Assembly (NCBI GenBank): GCA_017406955.1
Contig: JAFQXM010000007.1
Span: 236,009 to 300,008 of the forward strand
Direction: 5' to 3'
Source: Bacilli bacterium
GTDB taxonomy: Bacteria; Bacillota_I; Bacilli_A; RF39; UBA660
Length of the DNA stretch: 64,000 bases
The notes beneath the pieces were generated by a model, which searched no databases, was not told the origin of the DNA, and was given only the letters and a program-made list of their open reading frames with translations. This document shows positions 37,217 through 45,111 of the stretch, in pieces. The position numbers and the translations under genes are program-made. Position 1 is the first letter of the stretch. The number at the start of each line of letters is the position of its first letter.

Positions 37217-37951
37217 ATTATTAATGGTTATCAAAATGAATATGAAATAATTACATATTTAAATGGTAAAAGAAAAAAGGAGGTTCATATACTATTCCAA
37301 GAATTATTAGAAACTTTGTATCCTAATATTCAAGATGATGATTTAATAACTGCTAAAAAATATGGAAGATATGCGAAAAGTGATATGGTTATTGAAGTTA
37401 ATGGAATAAAGAAAGGTATAAGTATAAAATGTGGTGCTAAAAACTCAGTGCATGTAGAAAAAGTATATAAATTTATTAATGTTATTGATAAGTTGAGATT
37501 TAAATATTCGAATGAATTATCAAAATATTTATATTCTGATGGATCTAACAATAATACTGGCAGAAATAGAATTACTACGACTGAATATAAACAAAATCAT
37601 AAAGATGAAATAAAGTTAATAAATAGTAATTTAAATAATAGAAAGATACTTGAAAAGTTAGTGTATAGATTTTTAATTTGTGCGGATGTTAATTATAAGG
37701 TTAAAGTAGATGCATTTATATATGGTACTGTATATGATTTTATGTGGTGTACTAAAGAGGAGGCAATAAACTACTTGTTGGTAAATTCTGATTTTGATTC
37801 TACAGGGGTACATACTAGCAAATTATTTATTCAATTGTGGAATAAAAATATTAATCATAATCCTAAATATGAATGGTGTAGAGAATATATTCAAGTAAAA
37901 TGGTACAGTTTATTTGACGATATTATCCAGATTATGTGTCTTAGAAAATAA
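37217..37951 (+). CDS. MspI/HinP1I-like type II restriction endonuclease-like protein; start codon uncertain, possibly a pseudogene
   Basis: The frame is open from 37145. NGYQNEYEIITYL (encoded at 37223-37261) and YAKSDMVIEV...GISIKCGAKNSVHVEKV parallel HinP1I DGFKNEKDIADRF and YKSDINVQV...IQVKLVSNKRGFNQIDK as I recall that sequence. GAAGGAGG RBS at 37205-37212. The only in-frame ATG/GTG/TTG downstream is TTG at 37316, past the N-terminal motif. Start placed at ATT 37217. Confidence 0.35.
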   Translation: MINGYQNEYEIITYLNGKRKKEVHILFQELLETLYPNIQDDDLITAKKYGRYAKSDMVIEVNGIKKGISIKCGAKNSVHVEKVYKFINVIDKLRFKYSNELSKYLYSDGSNNNTGRNRITTTEYKQNHKDEIKLINSNLNNRKILEKLVYRFLICADVNYKVKVDAFIYGTVYDFMWCTKEEAINYLLVNSDFDSTGVHTSKLFIQLWNKNINHNPKYEWCREYIQVKWYSLFDDIIQIMCLRK

Positions 37952-37991
37952 TTTAGTACTAGTATATTCCAAGATAACTACGGGAGAGTAT

Positions 37992-38028
37992 AAAAAAAGA
38001 ACTCATCGTTTGATAAGTTCTTTTATTT
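37992..38028. terminator. bidirectional terminator
   Basis: AAGAACT...AGTTCTT hairpin with an A-run 5' and a T-rich tract 3'; serves the plus-strand ORF and the minus-strand tRNA. Confidence 0.55.
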
Positions 38029-38034
38029 ATAAAT

Positions 38035-38108
38035 TGGAGCGGATGAGGAGAATCGAACTCCCGTAGTTAGCTTGGAAGGCTAAGGTTCTACCATTAAACT
38101 ACATCCGC
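38035..38108 (-). tRNA. tRNA-Gly (anticodon UCC), CCA encoded
   Basis: Reverse complement reads GCGGATGTAGTTTAATGGTAGAACCTTAGCCTTCCAAGCTAACTACGGGAGTTCGATTCTCCTCATCCGCTCCA. It folds as a cloverleaf: 7-bp acceptor stem, anticodon stem TTAGC/GCTAA with loop CTTCCAA, T-arm GGGAG-TTCGATT-CTCCT. Confidence 0.9.
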
Positions 38109-38159
38109 ATATAAATTTTAATCGAACCTTAGCTCGACTAAATAAAGTAGACAATAACA

Positions 38160-38187
38160 ATTATACTAAATATAAATATAATGTCAA
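38160..38187 (-). promoter_or_regulatory. near-consensus sigma-A promoter for tRNA-Gly
   Basis: The minus strand reads TTGACA - 16 nt - TATAAT. Confidence 0.65.
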
Positions 38188-38248
38188 GTTTTTTTAATAA
38201 AACTTTTAATTTTATAATATTTATAATATACTAATTACAGGTGATAGT

Positions 38249-38935
38249 ATGAAAATATTAGCTAGTGATTTTGATAAAACATTATATATTGATGATGAAG
38301 ATAAATTAAATAGAAATATTGAAGCTATTAAAAAGTTTATTATTAATGGTAACTTATTTTGTATTATTACAGGTAGAAATTATTCTAATTTAAAAGAACT
38401 TCTTAAGAAATATAATATACCTTATAGTTATTTAATATGCCAAGATGGGGCAAAAATATACAATAATATGGATTATTCTATAAATACTATATTATTAAAT
38501 AGTAATGATGTAGAAAAAATATGTAAGTTATTAGAAAGTAAGGATTATCCTTATTATTTAGATGATGGATATAATATTACTAATAACTATGATGATTGTG
38601 TAAAGGTAGTTATAGAATGTAGTGATAAAGAAAAGGGTAAAAAGATAGTTGATTATATTAAGGAAAATATAGATGTTTATGTTTATATGAGTAGTAAACA
38701 TGTGAATATAGTAAGTAGAGAAGTTAATAAATCTAATAGTTTAAAGAAATTAGCAGAATTAGAAAACCTCAACATTAATGATATTTATGTTATAGGTGAT
38801 GATATTAATGATATGGAAATGCTTAAAGATTTTAAAGGAGCAGTTATGAAAGGGCATTCTAAAGATTTAGATAATACTTATAAAAAAGAATATAATTATT
38901 TATATGAATATATAGAGGAATTAATGAAAAATTAA
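38249..38935 (+). CDS. HAD-superfamily (Cof-type) phosphatase
   Basis: Motif I SDFDKTL, motif IV GDDINDMEM. Confidence 0.75.
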   Translation: MKILASDFDKTLYIDDEDKLNRNIEAIKKFIINGNLFCIITGRNYSNLKELLKKYNIPYSYLICQDGAKIYNNMDYSINTILLNSNDVEKICKLLESKDYPYYLDDGYNITNNYDDCVKVVIECSDKEKGKKIVDYIKENIDVYVYMSSKHVNIVSREVNKSNSLKKLAELENLNINDIYVIGDDINDMEMLKDFKGAVMKGHSKDLDNTYKKEYNYLYEYIEELMKN

Positions 38936-38958
38936 TTCTTTTTTTCATATTATTTAAT

Positions 38959-39561
38959 ATGAGTGATTTTTTATTTAATTTAATAACTAATTATGGATAT
39001 TTTGGTATGTTTATAGGGATGATTCTAGAAGCAGTAATAATTATAATACCTAGTGAAGCAATACTTGCTACATCCGGAATACTTGCGAGTCAAGGTATAT
39101 TTACTGTATGGGGAGCATTTCTTACAGGTCTTTTAGGTAGTGTTTTTTGTGCAGTAGTAATTTATTTTATGGGATATTTTGGAGGTAGACCATTTATAAA
39201 AAAGTTTGGTAAATATTTTTTTATGAAGGAAAGTGATTTAGATAAATCAGATTCTTGGTTTAATAAATATGGTATGTTTGGAGCTCTAATAGGTAGAAAC
39301 TTTCCAATTATTAGAACACTTATATCATTACCAATAGGAATATTAAGATTACCTTTTTTAAAATTTTTAATTTATACAACTATTGGTTCTATTCCTTGGA
39401 CTATATTATTTGTATATTTAGGATATGCTTTAGGTAATAGTTGGATATTAGTAAATACAAAGATATCATATTTAAAAATACCTATTAGAATATTATTAGG
39501 GTTATTAATAATAACTTATTTTTATAGAAAGATAAAGTCTAAATATAATTTGAAAAAATAA
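38959..39561 (+). CDS. DedA-family membrane protein
   Basis: Polytopic; typical DedA core (FIGMILEAV.IIIPSE..., GR.FP.IRT.IS.P.G). Confidence 0.75.
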   Translation: MSDFLFNLITNYGYFGMFIGMILEAVIIIIPSEAILATSGILASQGIFTVWGAFLTGLLGSVFCAVVIYFMGYFGGRPFIKKFGKYFFMKESDLDKSDSWFNKYGMFGALIGRNFPIIRTLISLPIGILRLPFLKFLIYTTIGSIPWTILFVYLGYALGNSWILVNTKISYLKIPIRILLGLLIITYFYRKIKSKYNLKK

Positions 39562-39608
39562 TTGGTTTATGTTATAATATGGGACGTATTTGTGAAGGGG
39601 GTTATATT

Positions 39609-40559
39609 ATGGATACAAAAAATGTTAAATTAAGAATGAAAAATATTAAAAATAGTTTAGGAGCAGTATCTCTATCTATAGTTTTAGGTACTATGTCTTT
39701 AGGAGGATTAACTGGTTGTTCTAAAGATGGTAAGTTTAAATCTGATTATAGTAGTACAGTTTATTCTGTGGATAAATCTGATGATCAAAAGGCTTTTGAA
39801 AATATAAGGTTTATAAACTCTGATTATGATAGTAATGAGAATAAAATTGATGATAAATATGCTAATTATGATAGATATATTGATTTTAATAAGATTAAAA
39901 AGTTTGTAGATTTTGGTTATGATTATACTAATAAGAATTTAGATTATGTATATCCATATAAAACTTGTAATTATCAAAGTCATAATTTTGAAAAAGATAA
40001 AATCAAAACTTTTAAAAATGGTAATAGAAAATATTCAACTATGTCTACTGCTATGTTTATTGGTAATGGTGTTATGTATTTACCAAGATCACTTAAATGG
40101 GCAGAAGATAAGTTTGGACCTGTTTTACATGATCATAATGTAGATCAACTAGTTGAAATGGAATATCTTGCAGGTGCAAATGGTAATTTATATATGCATT
40201 ATGAATATACAGTTGCTGCTAGAAAAAGAATGAATGCACCTGGAAATGTAGATGGTAGTTATATTAAAAAGTATGGATTACCTAAAGATATTAAAAAAGG
40301 TGATTATATACATTATGAAGCATTATATTTATATAATCCAGAAAAAAGTAAATTTATAACTATTTGCGATAAACAAACAGGTATTGGAAGCAAAGAAATA
40401 AATGTTACTGAAAAAGTATTTAATAATTATGATGATGTAATTAAACCAATTACTAATAAAAAAGAAAAATCAGAAAGTGAATCTTTTGATAGTAATACTG
40501 AATTTAAAGAATTCATTTATGATAAAGGACAAGTTAAACAAAAAGTTAAAGTTAAATAA
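39609..40559 (+). CDS. lipoprotein (hypothetical)
   Basis: Signal peptide ending in the lipobox LTGC; AGGGGG RBS before ATG at 39609. Confidence 0.6.
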   Translation: MDTKNVKLRMKNIKNSLGAVSLSIVLGTMSLGGLTGCSKDGKFKSDYSSTVYSVDKSDDQKAFENIRFINSDYDSNENKIDDKYANYDRYIDFNKIKKFVDFGYDYTNKNLDYVYPYKTCNYQSHNFEKDKIKTFKNGNRKYSTMSTAMFIGNGVMYLPRSLKWAEDKFGPVLHDHNVDQLVEMEYLAGANGNLYMHYEYTVAARKRMNAPGNVDGSYIKKYGLPKDIKKGDYIHYEALYLYNPEKSKFITICDKQTGIGSKEINVTEKVFNNYDDVIKPITNKKEKSESESFDSNTEFKEFIYDKGQVKQKVKVK

Positions 40560-40586
40560 AATACTAGCTACTAGTATTTTTTTTTA
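40558..40586 (+). terminator. rho-independent terminator
   Basis: ATACTAG-cta-CTAGTAT then TTTTTTTT. Confidence 0.7.
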
Positions 40587-40627
40587 TATTGTGATATAAT
40601 GAGTTGCGGTTAATTAGAGGTGGAAGT

Positions 40628-42442
40628 ATGAAAAAAAGAAATGTTGCGATAATTGCGCATGTTGATCATGGTAAGACAACTTTAGTAGATGGTATATTAA
40701 AATCTTCTGGTATGTTTAGAGATAATGAAGATATGTCTAATATATCAATGGATTCAAATGATTTAGAAAAAGAACGTGGTATTACTATTTTAGCTAAGAC
40801 TACGGCTTTAGATTATAAAGATTATAGAATTAATATCCTAGATACTCCAGGACATGCTGATTTTGGTGGAGAAGTAGAACGTATTATGAAGATGGTTGAT
40901 GGAGTATTACTAGTTGTAGATGCTTATGAAGGGGCTATGCCTCAAACTAGATTTGTTTTAAAGAAAGCTTTTGAAGCTGGAGTTAAACCTATTGTAGTTA
41001 TTAATAAGGTCGATAAAGAAAGTGCTAGATGTCCTGAAGTTTTAGATGAAGTATTAGATTTATTTATAGAGTTAGGGGCAGATGACGATCAGTTGGATTT
41101 TAAAGTATTATATGCTAGTGCTCTAAATGGAACTTGTTCTTTAAGTGAAAATTTAAGTACTCAGACTCCAGGATTTGAAGAAGTCCTAGATTTAATTGTC
41201 GAAGAAATACCTGAACCAAAAGGAGATATAAACAGTCCATTACAATTTCAACCAGCACTACTAGATTATAATGAATTTGTAGGTAGAATTGGTATTGGTA
41301 AAGTTCATAATGGAAAGATTAAAACAGGTAGTATGGTTACTTGTTCTAGATTAGATGGATCTACTAAAGAGTTTAGAATTCAAAAATTATTTGGTTTTTA
41401 TGGATATAAAAGAATAGAAATAGAAGAAGCTGAAGCAGGAGATATCGTCGCAGTAGCGGGACTATCTGATATATCAGTAGGAGAAACTTTATGTAATAGT
41501 GATAATATCATACCTTTACCAAAACTTCATATAGATGAACCAACATTACAAATGACATTTGGTACTAATTCATCTCCATTTGTAGGTAGAGATGGTAAAA
41601 TAGTTACTGCTCGTAAGATAGAAGAAAGATTAAATAGAGAAACTCAAAGAGATGTAAGTCTTAAAGTAGAACAAGCTACTAATGAATCATTTTTAGTTAG
41701 TGGTAGAGGAGAATTACATTTAAGTATTTTAATAGAAAATATGAGAAGAGAAGGCTATGAATTAGAAGTTTCTAAACCTAAGGTAATTATTAAAGAAATA
41801 GATGGAGTAAAACATGAACCATATGAAGAATTACAAATAGATGTTCCTGAAGATAGTGTAGGTTCTGTTATAGAACAATTAGGACTACGAGGAGCTAAGA
41901 TGGAAAATATGACTAATATGGAAGGACAAACAAGACTTTTATATACTATTCCATCTCGTGGATTAATTGGTTTTTCTACTGATTTTATGACTTTAACTAA
42001 AGGTTATGGAATAATGTTTCATACTTTTAAAGAATATATGCCCTATGAAAATGTTGAAGTAGGAGAAAGAAAATTAGGAGTACTTGTTTCTATGGAAAAT
42101 GGTAATTCTACTGCTTATTCTATTGGTAACTTAGAAGATAGAGGTACTATGTTTATTGAACCAGGTACTGAAGTATATGAAGGTATGATAGTAGGTGAAT
42201 GTAATAAAGATAATGACTTGGCCGTTAATGTTGTTAAAGGAAAACAATTAACTAATACACGTGCTGCCGGAAGTGATCATACAGTAGTATTAAAAAGACC
42301 TCGTCCTATTACTTTAGAATATGCACTTGATTATATAAATTCTGATGAGTTAGTAGAGATAACTCCTAATAATATTCGTCTAAGAAAAAAGATTTTAAAT
42401 ACTGAAGAACGTAAGAAATTTGATGCTAAAAATAGAAAATAG
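40628..42442 (+). CDS. typA: translational GTPase TypA/BipA
   Basis: [36 protein letters not shown]-like domains; GAGGTGG RBS before ATG at 40628. Confidence 0.95.
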   Translation: MKKRNVAIIAHVDHGKTTLVDGILKSSGMFRDNEDMSNISMDSNDLEKERGITILAKTTALDYKDYRINILDTPGHADFGGEVERIMKMVDGVLLVVDAYEGAMPQTRFVLKKAFEAGVKPIVVINKVDKESARCPEVLDEVLDLFIELGADDDQLDFKVLYASALNGTCSLSENLSTQTPGFEEVLDLIVEEIPEPKGDINSPLQFQPALLDYNEFVGRIGIGKVHNGKIKTGSMVTCSRLDGSTKEFRIQKLFGFYGYKRIEIEEAEAGDIVAVAGLSDISVGETLCNSDNIIPLPKLHIDEPTLQMTFGTNSSPFVGRDGKIVTARKIEERLNRETQRDVSLKVEQATNESFLVSGRGELHLSILIENMRREGYELEVSKPKVIIKEIDGVKHEPYEELQIDVPEDSVGSVIEQLGLRGAKMENMTNMEGQTRLLYTIPSRGLIGFSTDFMTLTKGYGIMFHTFKEYMPYENVEVGERKLGVLVSMENGNSTAYSIGNLEDRGTMFIEPGTEVYEGMIVGECNKDNDLAVNVVKGKQLTNTRAAGSDHTVVLKRPRPITLEYALDYINSDELVEITPNNIRLRKKILNTEERKKFDAKNRK

Positions 42443-42443
42443 A

Positions 42444-42471
42444 AAAAAACAGCTAAAATTAGTTGTTTTTA
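42444..42471 (+). terminator. rho-independent terminator
   Basis: AAACAGCTA-aaat-TAGTTGTTT plus Ts. Confidence 0.6.
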
Positions 42472-42526
42472 ATTGCTATTTAGTTAAGTTTTATTATATA
42501 ATGGGTTTAGGGTAGAGGCGATTTTT

Positions 42527-43201
42527 ATGACAAAGAACAAAACTAAAAAATCAAAGCAAGAATCACTTGAGTTAACAAAAACTTTAGTTTTAAATTTTAA
42601 CGAAGTAGAAAAAGTTGCTAAATATGAAAAAAAGACTAGTAAGAAACCAGCTATTATAATCGCAATAATAGGAATATTCGCAATTGTTTCAGGATTAATA
42701 TATCCTGGTATATATTCTTTAACTCATAAAGAAAAACAAAAAGTTACTAGTTTTAGAAAAAATGAAAAAAATAAGGTTATTAATAAATTAATTTGTACCA
42801 AAAACTCTACAAATGATGAAGAAAAAATAACTAAGAATGAAACTATAACACTAAACTTTAAAAAGAATAAGCTAACTAATTATAATAAAAATTTAACTTA
42901 TAGAACTACTAGTAATAATTTAAAAGAAACACCAAAAGCTATTACTGAGTTAGATAATAAAATGAATGGAGTAAATGAAAATATTATTCCTGGATATAAG
43001 TTAACTATAAGTAAAAATAAAACAAGAAAAATTATAAGTGAATATAATTTGAAATTAGTAGTTAATTTAAAAGAATTTGATAATTCAAAATTAACTGATA
43101 AACATAAAGAAAATGAGTACTTAAATGTTGTCTACAAATATAAGGATACAGCTATTAAAGTTAGAGATAATTTAATTAAATCAGGATATACTTGTAATTA
43201 A
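42527..43201 (+). CDS. N-terminally membrane-anchored Cys-flanked extracytoplasmic protein (hypothetical)
   Basis: TM helix, then LICTKN...TITLNFKKNKL...SGYTCN; resembles the C-terminal domain of the ORF at 18746-19792. Confidence 0.5.
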   Translation: MTKNKTKKSKQESLELTKTLVLNFNEVEKVAKYEKKTSKKPAIIIAIIGIFAIVSGLIYPGIYSLTHKEKQKVTSFRKNEKNKVINKLICTKNSTNDEEKITKNETITLNFKKNKLTNYNKNLTYRTTSNNLKETPKAITELDNKMNGVNENIIPGYKLTISKNKTRKIISEYNLKLVVNLKEFDNSKLTDKHKENEYLNVVYKYKDTAIKVRDNLIKSGYTCN

Positions 43202-43210
43202 TAAAAAAAT

Positions 43211-43237
43211 AAAACTGCATATATTATGCAGTTTTTT
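43211..43237. terminator. bidirectional terminator shared by convergent genes
   Basis: AAAACTGCAT-atatt-ATGCAGTTTT; contains the rpmB stop codon. Confidence 0.75.
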
Positions 43238-43403
43238 GACCCTTTAATAAAGTTCTTTTTTCTTTAGTTGAAATTCTTACTTTAGTACCATCTTCTAGTC
43301 TATGTACTTGAAGATTTAATTTTTGTCTTTTTTTAGTTGCGTTCATCGCATGTGATCTCATATTTTTAACATTACCTTTTCTTTGTGATGCGTTAACTGC
43401 CAT
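43224..43403 (-). CDS. rpmB: 50S ribosomal protein L28
   Basis: Not in the ORF track (59 aa). Hand translation: MAVNASQRKGNVKNMRSHAMNATKKRQKLNLQVHRLEDGTKVRISTKEKRTLLKGQKTA. RSHAMNATKKR..NLQ matches Bacillus L28 RSHAMNASKR...NLQ. GGAGGGA RBS upstream. Confidence 0.85.
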   Translation of the reverse strand: MAVNASQRKGNVKNMRSHAMNATKKRQKLNLQVHRLEDGTKVRISTKEKRTLLKGQKTA

Positions 43404-43451
43404 AATATCCCTCCTTCGGTTTCCTCTCGCTTTATAACTTTACCATAAAAG

Positions 43452-43481
43452 CATTGTAAAGTCAAACAAAAACATTGTAAA
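43452..43481 (+). repeat. direct repeat CATTGTAAA x2 with 21-bp phasing
   Basis: CATTGTAAA at 43452-43460 and 43473-43481, upstream of a TATAAT at 43509-43514, in the divergent rpmB / muramidase intergenic region. Confidence 0.5.
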
Positions 43482-43539
43482 ACTTATTTTTTTTAAAACT
43501 ATTTGTAGTATAATATATGTATTAATATAGGTGATTATA

Positions 43540-45042
43540 ATGATAAAAAATTTAAATATAAGAAGAAAGAAGAAATTTTTTAAAGGTGCTATCTTCGGAC
43601 TAGTATTAACCGCAATAGGTGGTACAGGTGTATATAAATGGAAGGATAATGAAGACAAAGTCGTTTTAAATGCTAAAGACGATACTACAATTCATCAATT
43701 AGCTAAAAAGTTAAACTATGATGAAGATGAGTTAAGAGATTTAAATGATGATATTGAAAATGGTATTAGAAGAGGACAAGAATTTACCATTAGATTAAGT
43801 GATTTAAAGAAAACAGACTATAAAGATTATAAAATAAAGAAGAAAGATACTTTATCTAAAATATCTGCTAAATTTGGTATTAATACAGATTCTTTAGAGA
43901 AATTTGATGATAGATTAGAAAGTGATGAAGAGTTAAGTAAACATATTGGAGAAAAAGTATCTTTATTTAAAAGAAATGAACCAAAAATTAGAACTGTTAA
44001 ATATGTAGTTAAAAGTGGAGATAATTTAATAGGTATTGTTAATAATATTAACAAATATTTAGATAAGAAAGTATCCCTAGAAAGTGTTTTAGAACAAAAT
44101 AAATTAAAGTCTGGTAGTGTAATATATCCAAATCAAAAATTAAAAATAACTGTTATGGCTACTAAACATGAAGTTAAACAAATAAAAAAACATAATAATA
44201 AGAAAATAGTATCCAAAAATTTAAATGTTATTAAAGGTAAAGATGAAATAGAAAAGAAATATGGTAAATTACGTGGTATAGATATTAGTTCTCATAATGA
44301 AGTAGATTGGGAGAAGTTAAATAAGTCGGGAGATATTGATTTTGTTATTTTAAGACTATTTGATGGATATAATATGGATTATAATGAAGAGTCAAAAGAT
44401 GGGACATTAGGTAGATTAAATAAAATAGATTCTAAATTTTTTAAAAATGCAGAAATGTGTAAAAAATATAATATTCCATTTGGTATATATACATATACAA
44501 GAGCTACCACAGAAAAACAAGCTGAAATAGAAGCTAATAAAGTTGTTAATATTTTATCAAAAGCTGATATAAGACCAACTTATCCAATATATTATGATGT
44601 TGAGTCTCAAGCAAGTGAACCATTAAAAAATAAGAAAGGAAAACTTGTCTCATCAGTAGATTATATTAGAAATAATCCTGATCAAATAATTGCTAACTTT
44701 AAAGCTTATGCTGATGTATTAGAATCAAATAATTATTATTGTGGACTTTATACTAATAATTCTGCTATTAATAATATAGATCCAACAGGAGATAAACTAA
44801 AAGAATATACTATTTGGTATTCTAGATATACAGGATATGAAAATTCATTTTCTGATAATGTTGTTATGAAGGATAATTATAAAGGAAATATAGGAATGTA
44901 TCAATTTACATCACAAGGTAGAGTAAAAGGTGTAAAGGGATATGTAGATTGTAATTATTGTAAAATTGATTATAGTAAAATTATTAAGAAATTAGGTATG
45001 AATAAACCTATAAAAAAAGAAGAAGAAAAAACAAAACATTAA
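43540..45042 (+). CDS. membrane-anchored LysM-repeat GH25 muramidase (lysozyme)
   Basis: TM helix, LysM-like repeats (YKIKKKDTLSKISAKFG; YVVKSGDNLIGIVN), GH25 catalytic domain (GIDISSHNEVDWEKL...DFVILR...YTY). Confidence 0.8.
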   Translation: MIKNLNIRRKKKFFKGAIFGLVLTAIGGTGVYKWKDNEDKVVLNAKDDTTIHQLAKKLNYDEDELRDLNDDIENGIRRGQEFTIRLSDLKKTDYKDYKIKKKDTLSKISAKFGINTDSLEKFDDRLESDEELSKHIGEKVSLFKRNEPKIRTVKYVVKSGDNLIGIVNNINKYLDKKVSLESVLEQNKLKSGSVIYPNQKLKITVMATKHEVKQIKKHNNKKIVSKNLNVIKGKDEIEKKYGKLRGIDISSHNEVDWEKLNKSGDIDFVILRLFDGYNMDYNEESKDGTLGRLNKIDSKFFKNAEMCKKYNIPFGIYTYTRATTEKQAEIEANKVVNILSKADIRPTYPIYYDVESQASEPLKNKKGKLVSSVDYIRNNPDQIIANFKAYADVLESNNYYCGLYTNNSAINNIDPTGDKLKEYTIWYSRYTGYENSFSDNVVMKDNYKGNIGMYQFTSQGRVKGVKGYVDCNYCKIDYSKIIKKLGMNKPIKKEEEKTKH

Positions 45043-45046
45043 TTAT

Positions 45047-45082
45047 ATACAAAGTATCTTGTATAGTTACTTTGTATTTTTT
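45047..45082 (+). terminator. rho-independent terminator
   Basis: 10-bp stem ATACAAAGTA/TACTTTGTAT then TTTTT. Confidence 0.75.
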
Positions 45083-45111
45083 GTGGTAAAATATAAGAAA
45101 GGAGGGATATT

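Noticed and set aside
38109-38153. GGTTCGATT T-loop-like sequence in the tRNA-Gly leader, considered as a second or degenerate tRNA.
   Set aside because: The flanking bases cannot form a T-stem (TAAGG versus AAAAT), and no acceptor or anticodon arms can be drawn.
43440-43658. 72-aa minus-strand ORF spanning the rpmB/muramidase intergenic region.
   Set aside because: It overlaps the promoter region and the 5' end of the GH25 gene. The real minus-strand gene here is rpmB (43224-43403), in a different location.
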